This document shows, piece by piece, positions 48,459-59,441 of a stretch of DNA of 64,000 bases. The notes beneath the pieces were generated by a model. It saw nothing but the letters and a program-made list of their open reading frames with translations, ran no database searches and had not been told where the DNA came from. A program made the position numbers and the translations under genes. Source of the stretch: Candidatus Heimdallarchaeota archaeon (GTDB taxonomy: Archaea; Asgardarchaeota; Heimdallarchaeia; Hodarchaeales; Hodarchaeaceae); NCBI GenBank assembly GCA_011364965.1, contig RDOB01000003.1:496939-560938 (forward strand), in the 5' to 3' direction. Each line of letters begins with the position of its first letter. Position 1 is the stretch's first letter.

Positions 48459-49406
48459 TTGAAACCACTTGTTATTGATTTTCACGCAGATACGTTATTC
48501 AAACGGCATTACGCGCAAACATTGAAGCTTCTCACAGCAAAAATTCCAATTTTTCATGTAACCAAGGATAAACTTCTTGCAGGAGGAGTCGATGTTCAAA
48601 CTATGGCCCTTTTTACTCCGTCAACAGTCATAAATCTCAGTATCGAGTTAACCCTCCAGTTGATATCGTATGCATACGAAATGAGGGATAAAGAAGGATA
48701 TATTCTTATAAAAACAAAAACTGATTTTACCAAAGTGATACCTAGAGAAGTACCTGGAATCATTCTCAGTATCGAAGGAGCCAAACTATTGGAAAACAAT
48801 CTTGATCTTTTACCAGTATTTTATGAATTGGGAGTCCGAGCTATTGGATTGGTATGGTCAAGAAAGAATTATTTCGGACAAGGCGTCCCCGCAGAAAATG
48901 AGGGGATATCTGAAGAGGGAAAAGATCTCATATCACGAATGGAGGATCTGGGGATGATTGTCGATGTCTCTCACTTGAATGAAAAGGGTTTCGCAGATGT
49001 TGTGAAATATACCAATAATCCATTCATTGCATCGCATTCAAATAGTCAAACTCTATGTTCTTCAAAAAGGAACTTAACTGATAGTCAATTAATGGAATTA
49101 AAAAGTGTAGATGGGATTATTGGCATCAATTTCTGTCCTGCATTTCTCAACAATGACGCAACAAAAGCTTCAATCACAGATATATTCAAACACATAGATT
49201 ATATTAGCAATCTGATAGGAGTAGATCATATAGGGTTGGGTTCAGATTTTGACGGAATTACTCAGGTTCCAAAGGGAATGGAGGATGTTAGTAAGATTAA
49301 AGAAATACCCACTTTACTATTGGAGAGCTCCTATAGTAAGAAGGATGTTGAGAAGATAATGGGAGGAAATTTCTCTCGGATCATTTCTAAAGTATGGAAA
49401 AAATAG
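48459..49406 (+). CDS. Membrane dipeptidase (peptidase M19)
   Basis: IDFHADT, LSIEG, IVDVSH, ASHSN, RNLTD, HIGLGSDFDG, GGNF. Confidence 0.94.
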   Translation: MKPLVIDFHADTLFKRHYAQTLKLLTAKIPIFHVTKDKLLAGGVDVQTMALFTPSTVINLSIELTLQLISYAYEMRDKEGYILIKTKTDFTKVIPREVPGIILSIEGAKLLENNLDLLPVFYELGVRAIGLVWSRKNYFGQGVPAENEGISEEGKDLISRMEDLGMIVDVSHLNEKGFADVVKYTNNPFIASHSNSQTLCSSKRNLTDSQLMELKSVDGIIGINFCPAFLNNDATKASITDIFKHIDYISNLIGVDHIGLGSDFDGITQVPKGMEDVSKIKEIPTLLLESSYSKKDVEKIMGGNFSRIISKVWKK

Positions 49407-49582
49407 TTAATCGCATTATTTTGTGAAGGATAAATTGAGAACGAGAGGGGTAGAGGGTTCTCATTACCAGCTAATGAAGCAACTTCATTAGAAGCTGAAA
49501 TATGCTATAAAAAATGGTTGTTTGCGGTAAAGAGTGAATTTTACAAAAATGAACAGGAAAGAAGTATAAAAAAAGAACATTA

Positions 49583-50770
49583 TTATGCAATTCGAGATGG
49601 AAGAGATTTGTCTCGAATCCATCGATGTGCACGAAATACTTCTTTTCCATATTTTTCAGCCAAGTTATCAAGGAATACCGTCAAATCATCTAAATCCATT
49701 TGCTCTACTAATTCAAATGGTCCCCATGGATTATGATAAAAATGTTTCATTCCTATATTAATATCAGCTACAGTAGCAATACCCTCTTCTAGAACTTTAA
49801 CTGCTTCATTAATTTGTACCCGCATTAAGTCGATTGGATCAAAATCTGCGGGATCTGACAGGTCAATAAACGGCCTCCTACCTCCGGAACGCCATTTATG
49901 AATTCCTTCCCCAGTTTTTCTACCTAGTTTATTTTCCTTCACTAACCTTGATATTGTGTCCGTTGGGGTATAATCTGGGGAAAGATGTTCCGCAAAATAT
50001 TGTGAGCTATCATATACAATATCTAGGCCCATATAATCAAGAAGCTCATAAGGCCCCATTACCATATTCATGTTCAAAGCTGCAGCATCAACCTTTGATG
50101 GGGAATATTCACCTCTATCAAGAAATAGTTGAATTAAAAGCAGTGATGGAGCCATGATGCGATTACATATGAAACCAGGACTATCTTTAGCAATAATGCA
50201 AGTTTTGCCCACCCTATGAGTAAAATCGATCACGAACTTAATTGTACTTTTCGCTGTTTTCTCTCCTCTAACGACTTCAATTACTTCAGCTAGAACAGGA
50301 GGAGGTGGAAAATGTAATCCAACAACTTTCTCAGGTCGTTGAGTTGCATGAGCAATTTCACTTATCCTGATTGTTGAAGTATTTGATGCTAATATTGTAT
50401 GATCAGGAGAAAACTTATCTAACTTGCTAAAGATCTCCTTTTTAAGCTCTAACTGCTCAGGGACTGCTTCAATACAAAGATCTGCATTTTTAACGGCTTC
50501 TCTCAGATTTGTGGTTGTCTCAAGATTCGTAAGCAGCTGCTTATATCTTCTTTCAGTTAGTTTGGCCTTTTGTACAAATTTTTTCAGGGACCAATCTATC
50601 AATGATACTCCTTCTGCAAGAATATCCCTGTTTAAATCAACAAGAGAAACATAGTAATCAGATAAAAGAGCAACTTCTGCAATACCATGACCCATGTGGC
50701 CTGCTCCCAGAACTACAACCTTATTACAGGTTTTAGCTTTGATATTAGAATTTACGTTCATATTGATCAC
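49583..50770 (-). CDS. 3-hydroxyacyl-CoA dehydrogenase
   Basis: VLGAGHMGHGIA, IEAVPEQLELK, LASNTST, GLHF...E, DSPGFICNR, duplicated C-terminal domain (MGPYEL / WGPFEL). Confidence 0.92.
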   Translation of the reverse strand: MINMNVNSNIKAKTCNKVVVLGAGHMGHGIAEVALLSDYYVSLVDLNRDILAEGVSLIDWSLKKFVQKAKLTERRYKQLLTNLETTTNLREAVKNADLCIEAVPEQLELKKEIFSKLDKFSPDHTILASNTSTIRISEIAHATQRPEKVVGLHFPPPPVLAEVIEVVRGEKTAKSTIKFVIDFTHRVGKTCIIAKDSPGFICNRIMAPSLLLIQLFLDRGEYSPSKVDAAALNMNMVMGPYELLDYMGLDIVYDSSQYFAEHLSPDYTPTDTISRLVKENKLGRKTGEGIHKWRSGGRRPFIDLSDPADFDPIDLMRVQINEAVKVLEEGIATVADINIGMKHFYHNPWGPFELVEQMDLDDLTVFLDNLAEKYGKEVFRAHRWIRDKSLPSRIA

Positions 50771-51000
50771 ATTTCTAAAGGGATTAATCTTTATTTAACT
50801 TCACTTGCTTGGATACACGGTGAAGTATCTAATATCAGGTGAAATATCTAATATTGAATGTCATTCCTCAAGTTTAATCCGAGCTAAAAAACTTCACTTT
50901 TATAATTAGACTTGGCGATTATAATTCAGATAGGACGAAAATAATTAGATTAATTATCGAGGAAAAGATTTTCTGAATTAAATTTTATTTTAGAAAGCAA

Positions 51001-51723
51001 TTAATTTCTTTTACTAATGAAATACCTCTGGTCACACACTTCATCACCATCAGATAGCGTGTGTTCTCTCTGATATTTACCACCTTCAACAAGATGTTCA
51101 GCGACGGAATAATCATAAGTACACCAACTTCTTCTGAAAAAAGTCATCTCTTCTTGCCCAAATTGCGTATAAAAATCATGAACAGCACATGAATAGATAT
51201 CCATATGATAAACGTCTCCCTCTTTATACAATTTTATTTTATAGCCTGGTTCACTGTATGGAAATTTCAAGGCATCTTCAAGGCGCTTTCCCAGAAAATC
51301 AGTCGGATTTTTCGCCCTAAATCTAGCTAATTTTAGTCTTAATGGGTCAAGTATTGGTATCACGCCCTTCATGTTCACACGAAGTTGCCATATCAAGTCT
51401 GCAACCAAGTTCGTGGCGTAAGCGGGATCTATTTTTTCTTTTACCATAGCTCTGTATAAAGCTAAGTGTATCAATCCACCATATTCATTCATGTAATTAC
51501 CAAGATTATCGTAGTCTTTGAAATAAGGCATTAATTCTTTAATATTCGATTTTGTTTGAAATATTATCCGTTCTATATCTTTGTATGTAAAACGACCTTG
51601 TTCAGGTACTCCATCCTGCCTGCATCTTGGAGTCAATATCTGGACTATTGCTTTTTTGTGAACTCCCCATGCCTTTCTACGGATTATTTTTTTGCCTAGT
51701 GGTTTGAAAATGGGTATTCTCAT
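51001..51723 (-). CDS. ATC-hydrolase-like (V4R clan) protein, paralog of 26708-27412
   Basis: Roughly 70% identical by eye to 26708-27412, e.g. GRFTYKDIERIIFQT, PILDPLRLKLA, REHTLSDGDEVCD. Confidence 0.8.
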   Translation of the reverse strand: MRIPIFKPLGKKIIRRKAWGVHKKAIVQILTPRCRQDGVPEQGRFTYKDIERIIFQTKSNIKELMPYFKDYDNLGNYMNEYGGLIHLALYRAMVKEKIDPAYATNLVADLIWQLRVNMKGVIPILDPLRLKLARFRAKNPTDFLGKRLEDALKFPYSEPGYKIKLYKEGDVYHMDIYSCAVHDFYTQFGQEEMTFFRRSWCTYDYSVAEHLVEGGKYQREHTLSDGDEVCDQRYFISKRN

Positions 51724-52228
51724 TTCATGTTCCTCTTAGCATATTGGTTACCTACCTGTTAAAAAGTATGTTCAAGTAAGCAATTTTACGAACTGTTCAC
51801 ATATGTGATTTAAAAAATGTTCTCAGAGGTAAACTTTTGAGAAATGTGGAACCATGGTTTGCAGATGAAAAGGATTTTACAGAAAAGGAGAGAAGTTTTA
51901 AAATGAAAAGAATGGACTGCAAAAGGTTCAGGCACAATCGATACCGTTATTTAATAACTCATCCTCAACATCGAGCAGAGGAACTTTAATTGTATCATTT
52001 CCTTGTGCAAACCCTGGTTTCATTGTTACATCTAGTAAATGTCCTCTTACTGATTCGAAGTGTTATTGGTCCGATAATAATTCTATAAAGGATTATTATG
52101 AGTTTTTTACATTTTTATATAGCCATTGCACATCTGCTATATAAGAGAAAAAGGAATAAGGAAAAGAAAAAGAGGATTTTAAGGAAAAACGAAGTTGAAT
52201 TAAAAATCTAGAATAGAAAACTAAAGCA

Positions 52229-53194
52229 TTGAGTTCGGTAGAGATTTTTATGATAAAAATTATTGAATCTGAGGATAAAAACATACTGTTGGATGAACGT
52301 GTAGCTTTAACTCATCAATATTGGAAAAGATATGGCTTAGTACCTTCAAATATATCTTTAAATGGGATTAAAGATAGGTTAATCAATTCCAGTGAAAATT
52401 TTCCTCCTAAAAAAATCTGGGTAGCCAAGGAAGAGGAAGAGGTACTAGGATGGTTATCAATTTCTCAGGAGGATAAACAAACCTTAGAATTAGGGAGATG
52501 GGAACCTGTTGTCAAAAACATTGCACAAGAAAATGTCGCAACTGGTTTACTAAAAAAATGTGTGGAATATGCATCAAACATACAAAATATACTTTCCTGT
52601 AGCTATTCCTGTGATAAAAACAGCAACAAAGTTTTCTTAAGATATTATCAGAACCTCTTCATAAGATGGGGTTTTAAGGTGACAGATGAAATCTCATTTA
52701 TGGTCTTAGATAAATGGATTTCTGGTGTAAACAAAAATTTTTCATCTGATTACAAAATTGTTAATATAAATGACATCGAAACTTCCAAAATCTCCGAATT
52801 ATCGTATAATATTTTTAAAAATGGAAAAGATAGACACATGAGACTTTCTAAGGAGAAAATGGACTTAGAAATAGAGAAAAAGCTCTCAGAGAATGTAATT
52901 GCAGACCTATCAGTTGCAATTAAAAAAAATGAGGAAGTTGTTGGTTTTTCTATTGTAAAAGATCGGGGATTTGATTACCATATTGATTTGATTGGAATAA
53001 AAGGACAATTTCAAGGCTTAGGCTTAGGAACTTATTTAATCAATCTTGCTGTAGAAAAATTGTCAACCAAGGACAGAAGGATAACACTTGGGGCTGATAA
53101 ATTAAATAGAGAAGCAAAGAAGTTCTATAGAAAATTAGGATTTGCAGAAAGACACATAATTGTTACTTTAGAAAGAAATACTTCTTTGGTATGA
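52229..53194 (+). CDS. Tandem GNAT-family N-acetyltransferase
   Basis: IGIKGQFQGLGLGTYL acetyl-CoA motif, NREAKKFYRKLGF; the N-terminal half is a second GNAT. Confidence 0.88.
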   Translation: MSSVEIFMIKIIESEDKNILLDERVALTHQYWKRYGLVPSNISLNGIKDRLINSSENFPPKKIWVAKEEEEVLGWLSISQEDKQTLELGRWEPVVKNIAQENVATGLLKKCVEYASNIQNILSCSYSCDKNSNKVFLRYYQNLFIRWGFKVTDEISFMVLDKWISGVNKNFSSDYKIVNINDIETSKISELSYNIFKNGKDRHMRLSKEKMDLEIEKKLSENVIADLSVAIKKNEEVVGFSIVKDRGFDYHIDLIGIKGQFQGLGLGTYLINLAVEKLSTKDRRITLGADKLNREAKKFYRKLGFAERHIIVTLERNTSLV

Positions 53195-53533
53195 ACTAAT
53201 CTTTCATTTAACCTTTAAACGAGAACAACGAGCGATTCCGTAGGATTTAGGACTCATTTCACAAAAGATATCCTAGTTTGAATCACTTAAAAAGTATTTT
53301 CTTTAAGAAATCAACTGGGGAAGCATACTAAAGGATATGAATTATATGATTCATACATAAATCAGTTTTCATTCATAATTTATTATCTATTTATAAATGC
53401 AAGATTATGCCGGTATTTAAATTTTTTAAAAGAATATTTCCATTTTGATATTCTTCTTATTTCAAGAAGGGAAGAGCATTTCGTAGTACTTTGAAGAAAT
53501 CCTGAGAGAAACTCTTGACTCAAAATAAGATGA

Positions 53534-55282
53534 TCAAGATTTTGAGGATTCCGTAATTCGAATTACAGCAAGAGATATTTGAAGAAAGGAAAGTAAACGA
53601 CCTTTATAAACCAAGTAGCGATCTTCCCAAGCAGGATTGAATTTTTGCTTAAAAAATTGTAATCCTTTAAAAGAAAAAATATTTTCTAAATAAGCGATTA
53701 ATTCTCGAAGGATTTTTCTAGTTAAATTTGAATCTTCTTCTTCGGATAGGCCTGCGAATGGTGCTAATCCCATGCTAAATTGTTTATATCCCTTTTCTTT
53801 CAGTTGTAAAATGTAAGACGCAAAAAGGAAATCCATAGCTCCATTGGGTATTACTTTCCTATGACGCATCAAATCTATTGTAACAGCATTCTTTTGATAT
53901 GAACGAATTTGATTAAGAAATGCAATAATTCTTCCTTGTGGATTTTCAAGAGTAATTACTGGTGTTTCCTGTAAGTAGCTTTCCTTAAATCTTCCAAGAG
54001 TAAAGGAACGTTCACGACGTCCTGATAAAAGCCATTCATCTGAAATTGATTTAATTTCTTGCATTATTTCAGGAGGATGTGGAGGAGTGTGAATAGTTAC
54101 TTTATATCCTGCCTTTGTTAACTTCTTCATTGTGCGACTAAATTTATATTCTTTAATTACGACACTAGAAAAATCATTAATATCTAATGAAGCTTCTTCT
54201 CCGATCTTAAAGACATTAAAACCTAGCTTCCTATAAAGAGGGATAAAATTAGGTAATGAATGATGAAAGGCTAATTGCCAGCCATTTTTAGTACAGTATT
54301 GTAGAAAATCTTTTATCAATACTTCGAGTTCTTCAAAAGGCCCTGATGGATCACCCAAACTTAGAGCAACCCCGTATTTTACCCGATAAGCAATAAATGA
54401 CTTTCTTGATTTTGAAAAATAGTAAGTTTTATCGGGCCATAATTTAAAGAAATCTATGCTAGAATTACCATATTTATCCAAAATTGCATCAGCTTCTTGT
54501 TGTTCAATTGGTAAGAGTTGGTATTGGTAAAAAATAGGTCTAAAAAGACTGATTATTGAAAGAAAAATAGTGATTGCAGTTAGGATATGTAGGGAGCTAA
54601 GAAACCAATGCCCTAATAAGGTTATAGCGAGTGTGTCTTCATGCTCTAGGAAAAAGATTATTTTTAAATTTGCTATAAAAGCTGTTGAAAGAGTATAGGT
54701 TGAATTTAAGTCTGATTTTTGTAACAAAAGAAAACCAATAGTTCCATAAGTCACTAGCACAACTAGCATTACCGAGCAAAGGATAAATCCATCTTTTATT
54801 CGGCTAATTTCACTTCTAACATGAAATTTACCTCGCAATAGGATTAAGAAGCTAATTTCAGCTATTGAGAATAAAATTAAGTATGAGGACTGTAATTGAA
54901 CAATATCAATAATACATGAGAGCATTAGAAGAGCAAGCGTAAGAACCCAAGCAATAAACTTTCTGTTTAATAGTTCAAAAGTAAGATAAATTAAAAACGT
55001 ACCTAAAAATATCCTTAGAGTGCTATTGACAAATCCAAGGTCTATTAAAAGAAAATCAGAAAGAAATAATGATTCATACGGAAATTTAATCAGAAGTGCA
55101 AAATAAAGATTTAATACTCCAAGAATAAATATTAAGGCACATAAAGTCCAAACTAGGATATTAGCTTTTAAATAATCATTAGAAAGAATAATTCGCAGCA
55201 AATGAACTGGATTAATCTTATGAATTGAAGAAATAGACTTAGTCCATGAATGAACGTCTTCTGGTTCTTCAGGAATCTGCAT
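53534..55282 (-). CDS. Aminoacyl-phosphatidylglycerol synthase-like protein (MprF/LysX TM + DUF2156 domain), no flippase domain
   Basis: About 6 TM, then ALSLGDPSG, KIGEEA, ERSFTLG, IDLMRH...PNGAMDFL, SMGLAPFAG, FKGLQFFKQKFNPAWEDRYL. Confidence 0.88.
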   Translation of the reverse strand: MQIPEEPEDVHSWTKSISSIHKINPVHLLRIILSNDYLKANILVWTLCALIFILGVLNLYFALLIKFPYESLFLSDFLLIDLGFVNSTLRIFLGTFLIYLTFELLNRKFIAWVLTLALLMLSCIIDIVQLQSSYLILFSIAEISFLILLRGKFHVRSEISRIKDGFILCSVMLVVLVTYGTIGFLLLQKSDLNSTYTLSTAFIANLKIIFFLEHEDTLAITLLGHWFLSSLHILTAITIFLSIISLFRPIFYQYQLLPIEQQEADAILDKYGNSSIDFFKLWPDKTYYFSKSRKSFIAYRVKYGVALSLGDPSGPFEELEVLIKDFLQYCTKNGWQLAFHHSLPNFIPLYRKLGFNVFKIGEEASLDINDFSSVVIKEYKFSRTMKKLTKAGYKVTIHTPPHPPEIMQEIKSISDEWLLSGRRERSFTLGRFKESYLQETPVITLENPQGRIIAFLNQIRSYQKNAVTIDLMRHRKVIPNGAMDFLFASYILQLKEKGYKQFSMGLAPFAGLSEEEDSNLTRKILRELIAYLENIFSFKGLQFFKQKFNPAWEDRYLVYKGRLLSFLQISLAVIRITESSKS

Positions 55283-55689
55283 TAAATTTCACCATTTTTC
55301 TGGTTATAGCTCATTTCCTTTTACTAGAATATGAAATGGTAAAAAAGTTCTTATTTCAGCTAAAGTCTTACCATCATAAATGTTACTGGAATCTGTATTT
55401 TTTATGATATTTTTATTATTCCACCTTTTTTGAAAAAGACTATATATGACTAAACAAGAGCATGCATTTTTGTTTAGCCAAAAATAGATGATTCTAATAG
55501 TAATATTATGTAAAGCTCCTACAAAGCTTTTCTTGAGTTAAACGTTGGTTAAATTCAAAGATAACTTAATGAAGACTAAATAATATTATGAAATATTAGA
55601 GAATAGAAGTAAATTTATACCGAAAGGCAGTTTTTACAAAAAAGGACTAAAAATAAACATCATGAAGTATTAGAGGAGATAGATATGGT

Positions 55690-56124
55690 ATGACACCTAA
55701 GGATAAAAAAATTATAGTACCAGACCTACCTAGTTTTACAGATAGAATAGATTGGTTGTTTAAGCAGGATAAAAATATAAATTTCGTTGTTTTAACCAAT
55801 ATACCGCTCAAATTTAAGGAAAAAGAGCTGCCAGTAGTAAGAGGACTTGTACGCTTCAGCGAAGTTCAAGGAGACGATGGTGGTATACATCCTATTTCGA
55901 TACCATGTGATTCGGTCGAAGAATTATTAATGTTTCTAAAAACCGAGAATAAAGATTTTAAATTGAAACCCGTAAAGGAAGTTCACTCCTCAGAGACACA
56001 AGAGGTTTTTGTTTCAGGCAGAGTTCAATTAAAATTATCTAATGCACATTATCAGGTTTTGTATGCAATCGATGAAGCAAGAGAAGAAGAACACAGAGCG
56101 ATGTTAAGGACCTTTAGAGGATAA
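55690..56124 (+). CDS. Hypothetical protein
   Basis: 144-aa ORF with GAGGAG RBS; no motif recognised. Confidence 0.6.
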   Translation: MTPKDKKIIVPDLPSFTDRIDWLFKQDKNINFVVLTNIPLKFKEKELPVVRGLVRFSEVQGDDGGIHPISIPCDSVEELLMFLKTENKDFKLKPVKEVHSSETQEVFVSGRVQLKLSNAHYQVLYAIDEAREEEHRAMLRTFRG

Positions 56125-56423
56125 GAGGATAGGTAACTGGTCAAAAATGTGAGTTACTAAAATTCGATTAAAATTACACATGGGAAATACAGAGAAGCAT
56201 ATTGGAAAAAACTTCCATAACATATACTGTGTTCTATTTTAATTACCTAGCTAGGACTCTTTTTATAAAAATACGTAAAAATTATTGTTAACTGTTGGTT
56301 ATACGATATATACACAACTTAAAATTGTTACCAAAACTTCGTTTAATCGGAATAAATAGTTGGTTCGATTATGAAAAGCATATCTTAAGGTATATACCAA
56401 ATTCACTTCTATTTAGTATTTTT

Positions 56424-57174
56424 CTATTCAATGGTTAGTAATAAATCAACTAATTCGTTTGAACGATTGATATGATAATCACAGGACGACTCCTCACATT
56501 TAGAGTCATTTAAAACATGAACAGTTAAAAAACCCACTTTTTTAGCAAAAGATAGATGCATAGAAGAGTCATCAACTACAATTCCATCGCTCGGAGAAAT
56601 ATTCATATCGTTGATAATTTCTTGATAATATTTTTTGCTCCATTTCGCGGTATTAACGAGATCAGGATCGTACAAGTGAGTAAAACAGTCAATAACTCCC
56701 ATCCCAGTTAAATAACCTCGCAAAGTCCAAGAAGTCTCACCTGATGCAGTACATAGAGTGTATCCTCTACTCTTCAGCTCAAAAATTAGGTCAATAATTC
56801 CTAGATATACGGATTTAATACGAGGTGTTATCCATTTCTCTGCCTCTTGACATAACTGAAATCGCTCAGATTGAGGAGGTGGATTAATTTCAACCACCCT
56901 TGAACATATCAGTTAACCACCTATCCATCATAGTTCCTAAAAAAGGATTAAAATCAATCAACGGGTTCTCCCTTATTGATCGTTCATACTTCTCCATAAA
57001 TCTAGTTAATGCGTATCTATTGGCAGATTTCCATCCCTCAATTGACCCCCCGAACCTAGGGAGAAAATATTGCGCTATTAGTTCTTGCCATTGAGGTTCC
57101 CGTACCAAATTATTATTCATTACTCCTCCATCGTCTAAAAAAATAACCTTTACCATTGATTGGCTCACCCACAC
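56424..57174 (-). pseudogene. HAD-superfamily hydrolase split by a frameshift near 56895
   Basis: 5' ORF has VKVIFLDDGGV (motif I); 3' ORF has LCTASG (II), K (III) and IVVDDS (IV). Junction TTC AAG G GTG GTT GAA has one extra base. Confidence 0.82.
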
Positions 57175-57427
57175 ACATTTTTTTGTAGAGGAGTTTGGTA
57201 AATCGAATAAATCATCATTTTTATAATAATTTAAGTAAATTCTAATATTGGTAATCGAAAAAGCTAAAATTCCTATTATTCTTCATTTATTTTGTTTAAT
57301 GAAAGAAGTGACAATGTTATTGGAAAAGCCCAATAAATACACAATTTCTTAAAAAGGATGGAATCGTATTTTATAAAATTATTCTTTATCAGAAGCTAAT
57401 CCTTTTGAACAATGTTAGGTGAAATAA

Positions 57428-57694
57428 TTGATTATAGTTGAAGGTTTTCTAGACATAGGTTTCATTATTATTGGATTAAGCTTTGGTGTATTTCTAGGGA
57501 GTTTCGTAAAGCATTTTATTGACCTTAGGAATTTAATATACAGACTATTTGATGAATATAAACAAGATGAGCTATCAGAAAATTTAACTAAACTTGATAA
57601 GAGTCTTATGAGGAGCGCTTACAGAATCTTTTTCTCTGGTTTTTTCTTTATTATTGGATTACTTATAATTTTTCTCGAACTGGTAAATAATTAG
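57428..57694 (+). CDS. Small two-TM membrane protein
   Basis: Two hydrophobic helices; GGTGA RBS before TTG. Confidence 0.55.
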   Translation: MIIVEGFLDIGFIIIGLSFGVFLGSFVKHFIDLRNLIYRLFDEYKQDELSENLTKLDKSLMRSAYRIFFSGFFFIIGLLIIFLELVNN

Positions 57695-57792
57695 TAGGAT
57701 AATGAAGAAATTGGATATATTTAGACCAGTGTGTTTATCCAATCACTAATTCGAAATTTAAATTTCTTGTGCCAAGTAAAATCCCACCAATC

Positions 57793-58620
57793 TTATTTTT
57801 CAAACTTTCCATGAATAAAATATTCTAATTTCTTCACTGTTGGAATTACCCATACCAATTTCATCCACCCTCTTTTCGCGTCTGGATCGTCTGAAAGATA
57901 CCATTCTGATAATACCTTAAAATTGATCCCCCATTCCTCTATCAGCGTTCCAGAATTTAGTGCGCTCTTTATTTTCACATTCTCATCTTTAAACATTATT
58001 TTTCTCTCAGCCATTTTTTTGGCTCTCTCGCTAAACACGTCAAAAAATATTTCTGCATGCGGAAAAACCTGTCCTATATTTTTTAATAATTCCTGCATCT
58101 CTGGTCTCTCTAAATATACCATAACTCCTTCTGCAATGAAAAAAACAGGTGCCTGATTTTCTGTACTGAGACGCAGAATTTCTTTAATCCAAGAATAATC
58201 CAAAATTGATTGTCCAATCAATACATTCCGCGTTGATGTTGGAATGATTAACTTTCTGAATTCCAATACTTCGGGAAAATCCAAATCGACAAAGTAACAT
58301 TGATTATTATCGATTCGCCCAAAACGGTAATCTATTCCGGATCCTAAACTCACAATTATTCCATTGGGATGTTGTTCTAAAAATTGCCTACACATTTCGT
58401 CAAACTTTCTCACCCGTATTCCCATTAATATCGGATCAAAGCTTCGTACTGTTTTTTTTACGATGTTCCAATCAAAATCAATCTGGTTATATAGATCATA
58501 AGAGAATTTATCTTTTAATATTGAATTTTTTGCTCGATAATCAAGTGCTTTGCAATACAGTGGCACTAACGCCGTTTTTGAAACTGCGGGGAATTCCGAG
58601 ATTTGAATTTTTCGTTCCAT
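57793..58620 (-). CDS. SAM-dependent methyltransferase, LCM/TcmP-like family
   Basis: TALVPLYCKA, VSLGSGIDYR, DLDFPEV, FIAEGVMVYL. Confidence 0.9.
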   Translation of the reverse strand: MERKIQISEFPAVSKTALVPLYCKALDYRAKNSILKDKFSYDLYNQIDFDWNIVKKTVRSFDPILMGIRVRKFDEMCRQFLEQHPNGIIVSLGSGIDYRFGRIDNNQCYFVDLDFPEVLEFRKLIIPTSTRNVLIGQSILDYSWIKEILRLSTENQAPVFFIAEGVMVYLERPEMQELLKNIGQVFPHAEIFFDVFSERAKKMAERKIMFKDENVKIKSALNSGTLIEEWGINFKVLSEWYLSDDPDAKRGWMKLVWVIPTVKKLEYFIHGKFEK

Positions 58621-58801
58621 AAATGCAGAGGAGTTGACTCGTCTTATAAGGTTTTTTTATATATACACTAAATGTTGATATTACACACGAACCTCCTAAT
58701 ATTTTGAAGACATTGCCAAAAATTATTTTCTAAATTTCTATTGGGAAGCTTCCCTGGATCACTACAGAAACTTGTGAACGTTAATACTCATTATGTCCTA
58801 G

Positions 58802-59380
58802 TTAAAAATTACTTAACTTAATAGTATTCCATGCCATTTCACAGGCTTGAGTAATATAATTCTCATCCATGTTAATCACCCCATTAAAGTGATAGTTTAA
58901 CAAAGTGATGATGGGAACAAAAGCAAAGGAAGTTAGAAGGGGAAGAGGGAGATCCTTGATATGATGTTCTTCTATACCTCGTTGAAATAGGTTATTGATA
59001 TAATTATACAATTCAAAATCTTCAGGTTTGATATTTTCCATCATTGAGGTCTGTTCAAATTTCTCACGGTAAATGAGATAATCAAGGTGGTTAAGATTAT
59101 ATGAAAAGGCATTAATCCAGATAGATTTGAATATATGTTCAATGTCCATTTCTTCACGAATGCCTTCTAATGCGCCTCTACTCATATCTGTTCTGATTTT
59201 TGTGTATAACTTGGTGAAAAGGTCTTCCTTGTTTTTGAAATGGATATAAATTGTAGCTGGAGAGATATTAGCTTGTTTAGCTATCTTAGAGATTGAAATA
59301 CCTGTAAATCCTAGCTCTTTCACCAATTCAAGTGAAGTATTGATAATAGCATTGTATTTGGTTTGATCCTTGGGCCTCAT
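58802..59380 (-). CDS. TetR/AcrR family transcriptional regulator
   Basis: GFTGISISKIAKQANISPATIYIHFKNKEDL; start ATG 59380 after AGGAG. Confidence 0.93.
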   Translation of the reverse strand: MRPKDQTKYNAIINTSLELVKELGFTGISISKIAKQANISPATIYIHFKNKEDLFTKLYTKIRTDMSRGALEGIREEMDIEHIFKSIWINAFSYNLNHLDYLIYREKFEQTSMMENIKPEDFELYNYINNLFQRGIEEHHIKDLPLPLLTSFAFVPIITLLNYHFNGVINMDENYITQACEMAWNTIKLSNF

Positions 59381-59441
59381 TTGATGCAAAAAACTCCTTG
59401 AAGTTGAATTCACGATGATTAATCCACAATAGAAACATATA

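Noticed and set aside
35268-56304. GTTATAC heptamers at 35268, 37705, 43944 and 56298 as possible integron attC R' sites
   Set aside because: No matching R'' boxes or hairpins, genes are in mixed orientation, there is no integrase, and the motif is short in AT-rich DNA. IntegronFinder or an attC covariance model would settle it.
58738-58761. ctattgggaagc 12-mer (YWEA) shared with the DUF6144-like gene near 14277-14288
   Set aside because: Too short, and the flanks do not align; may be chance.
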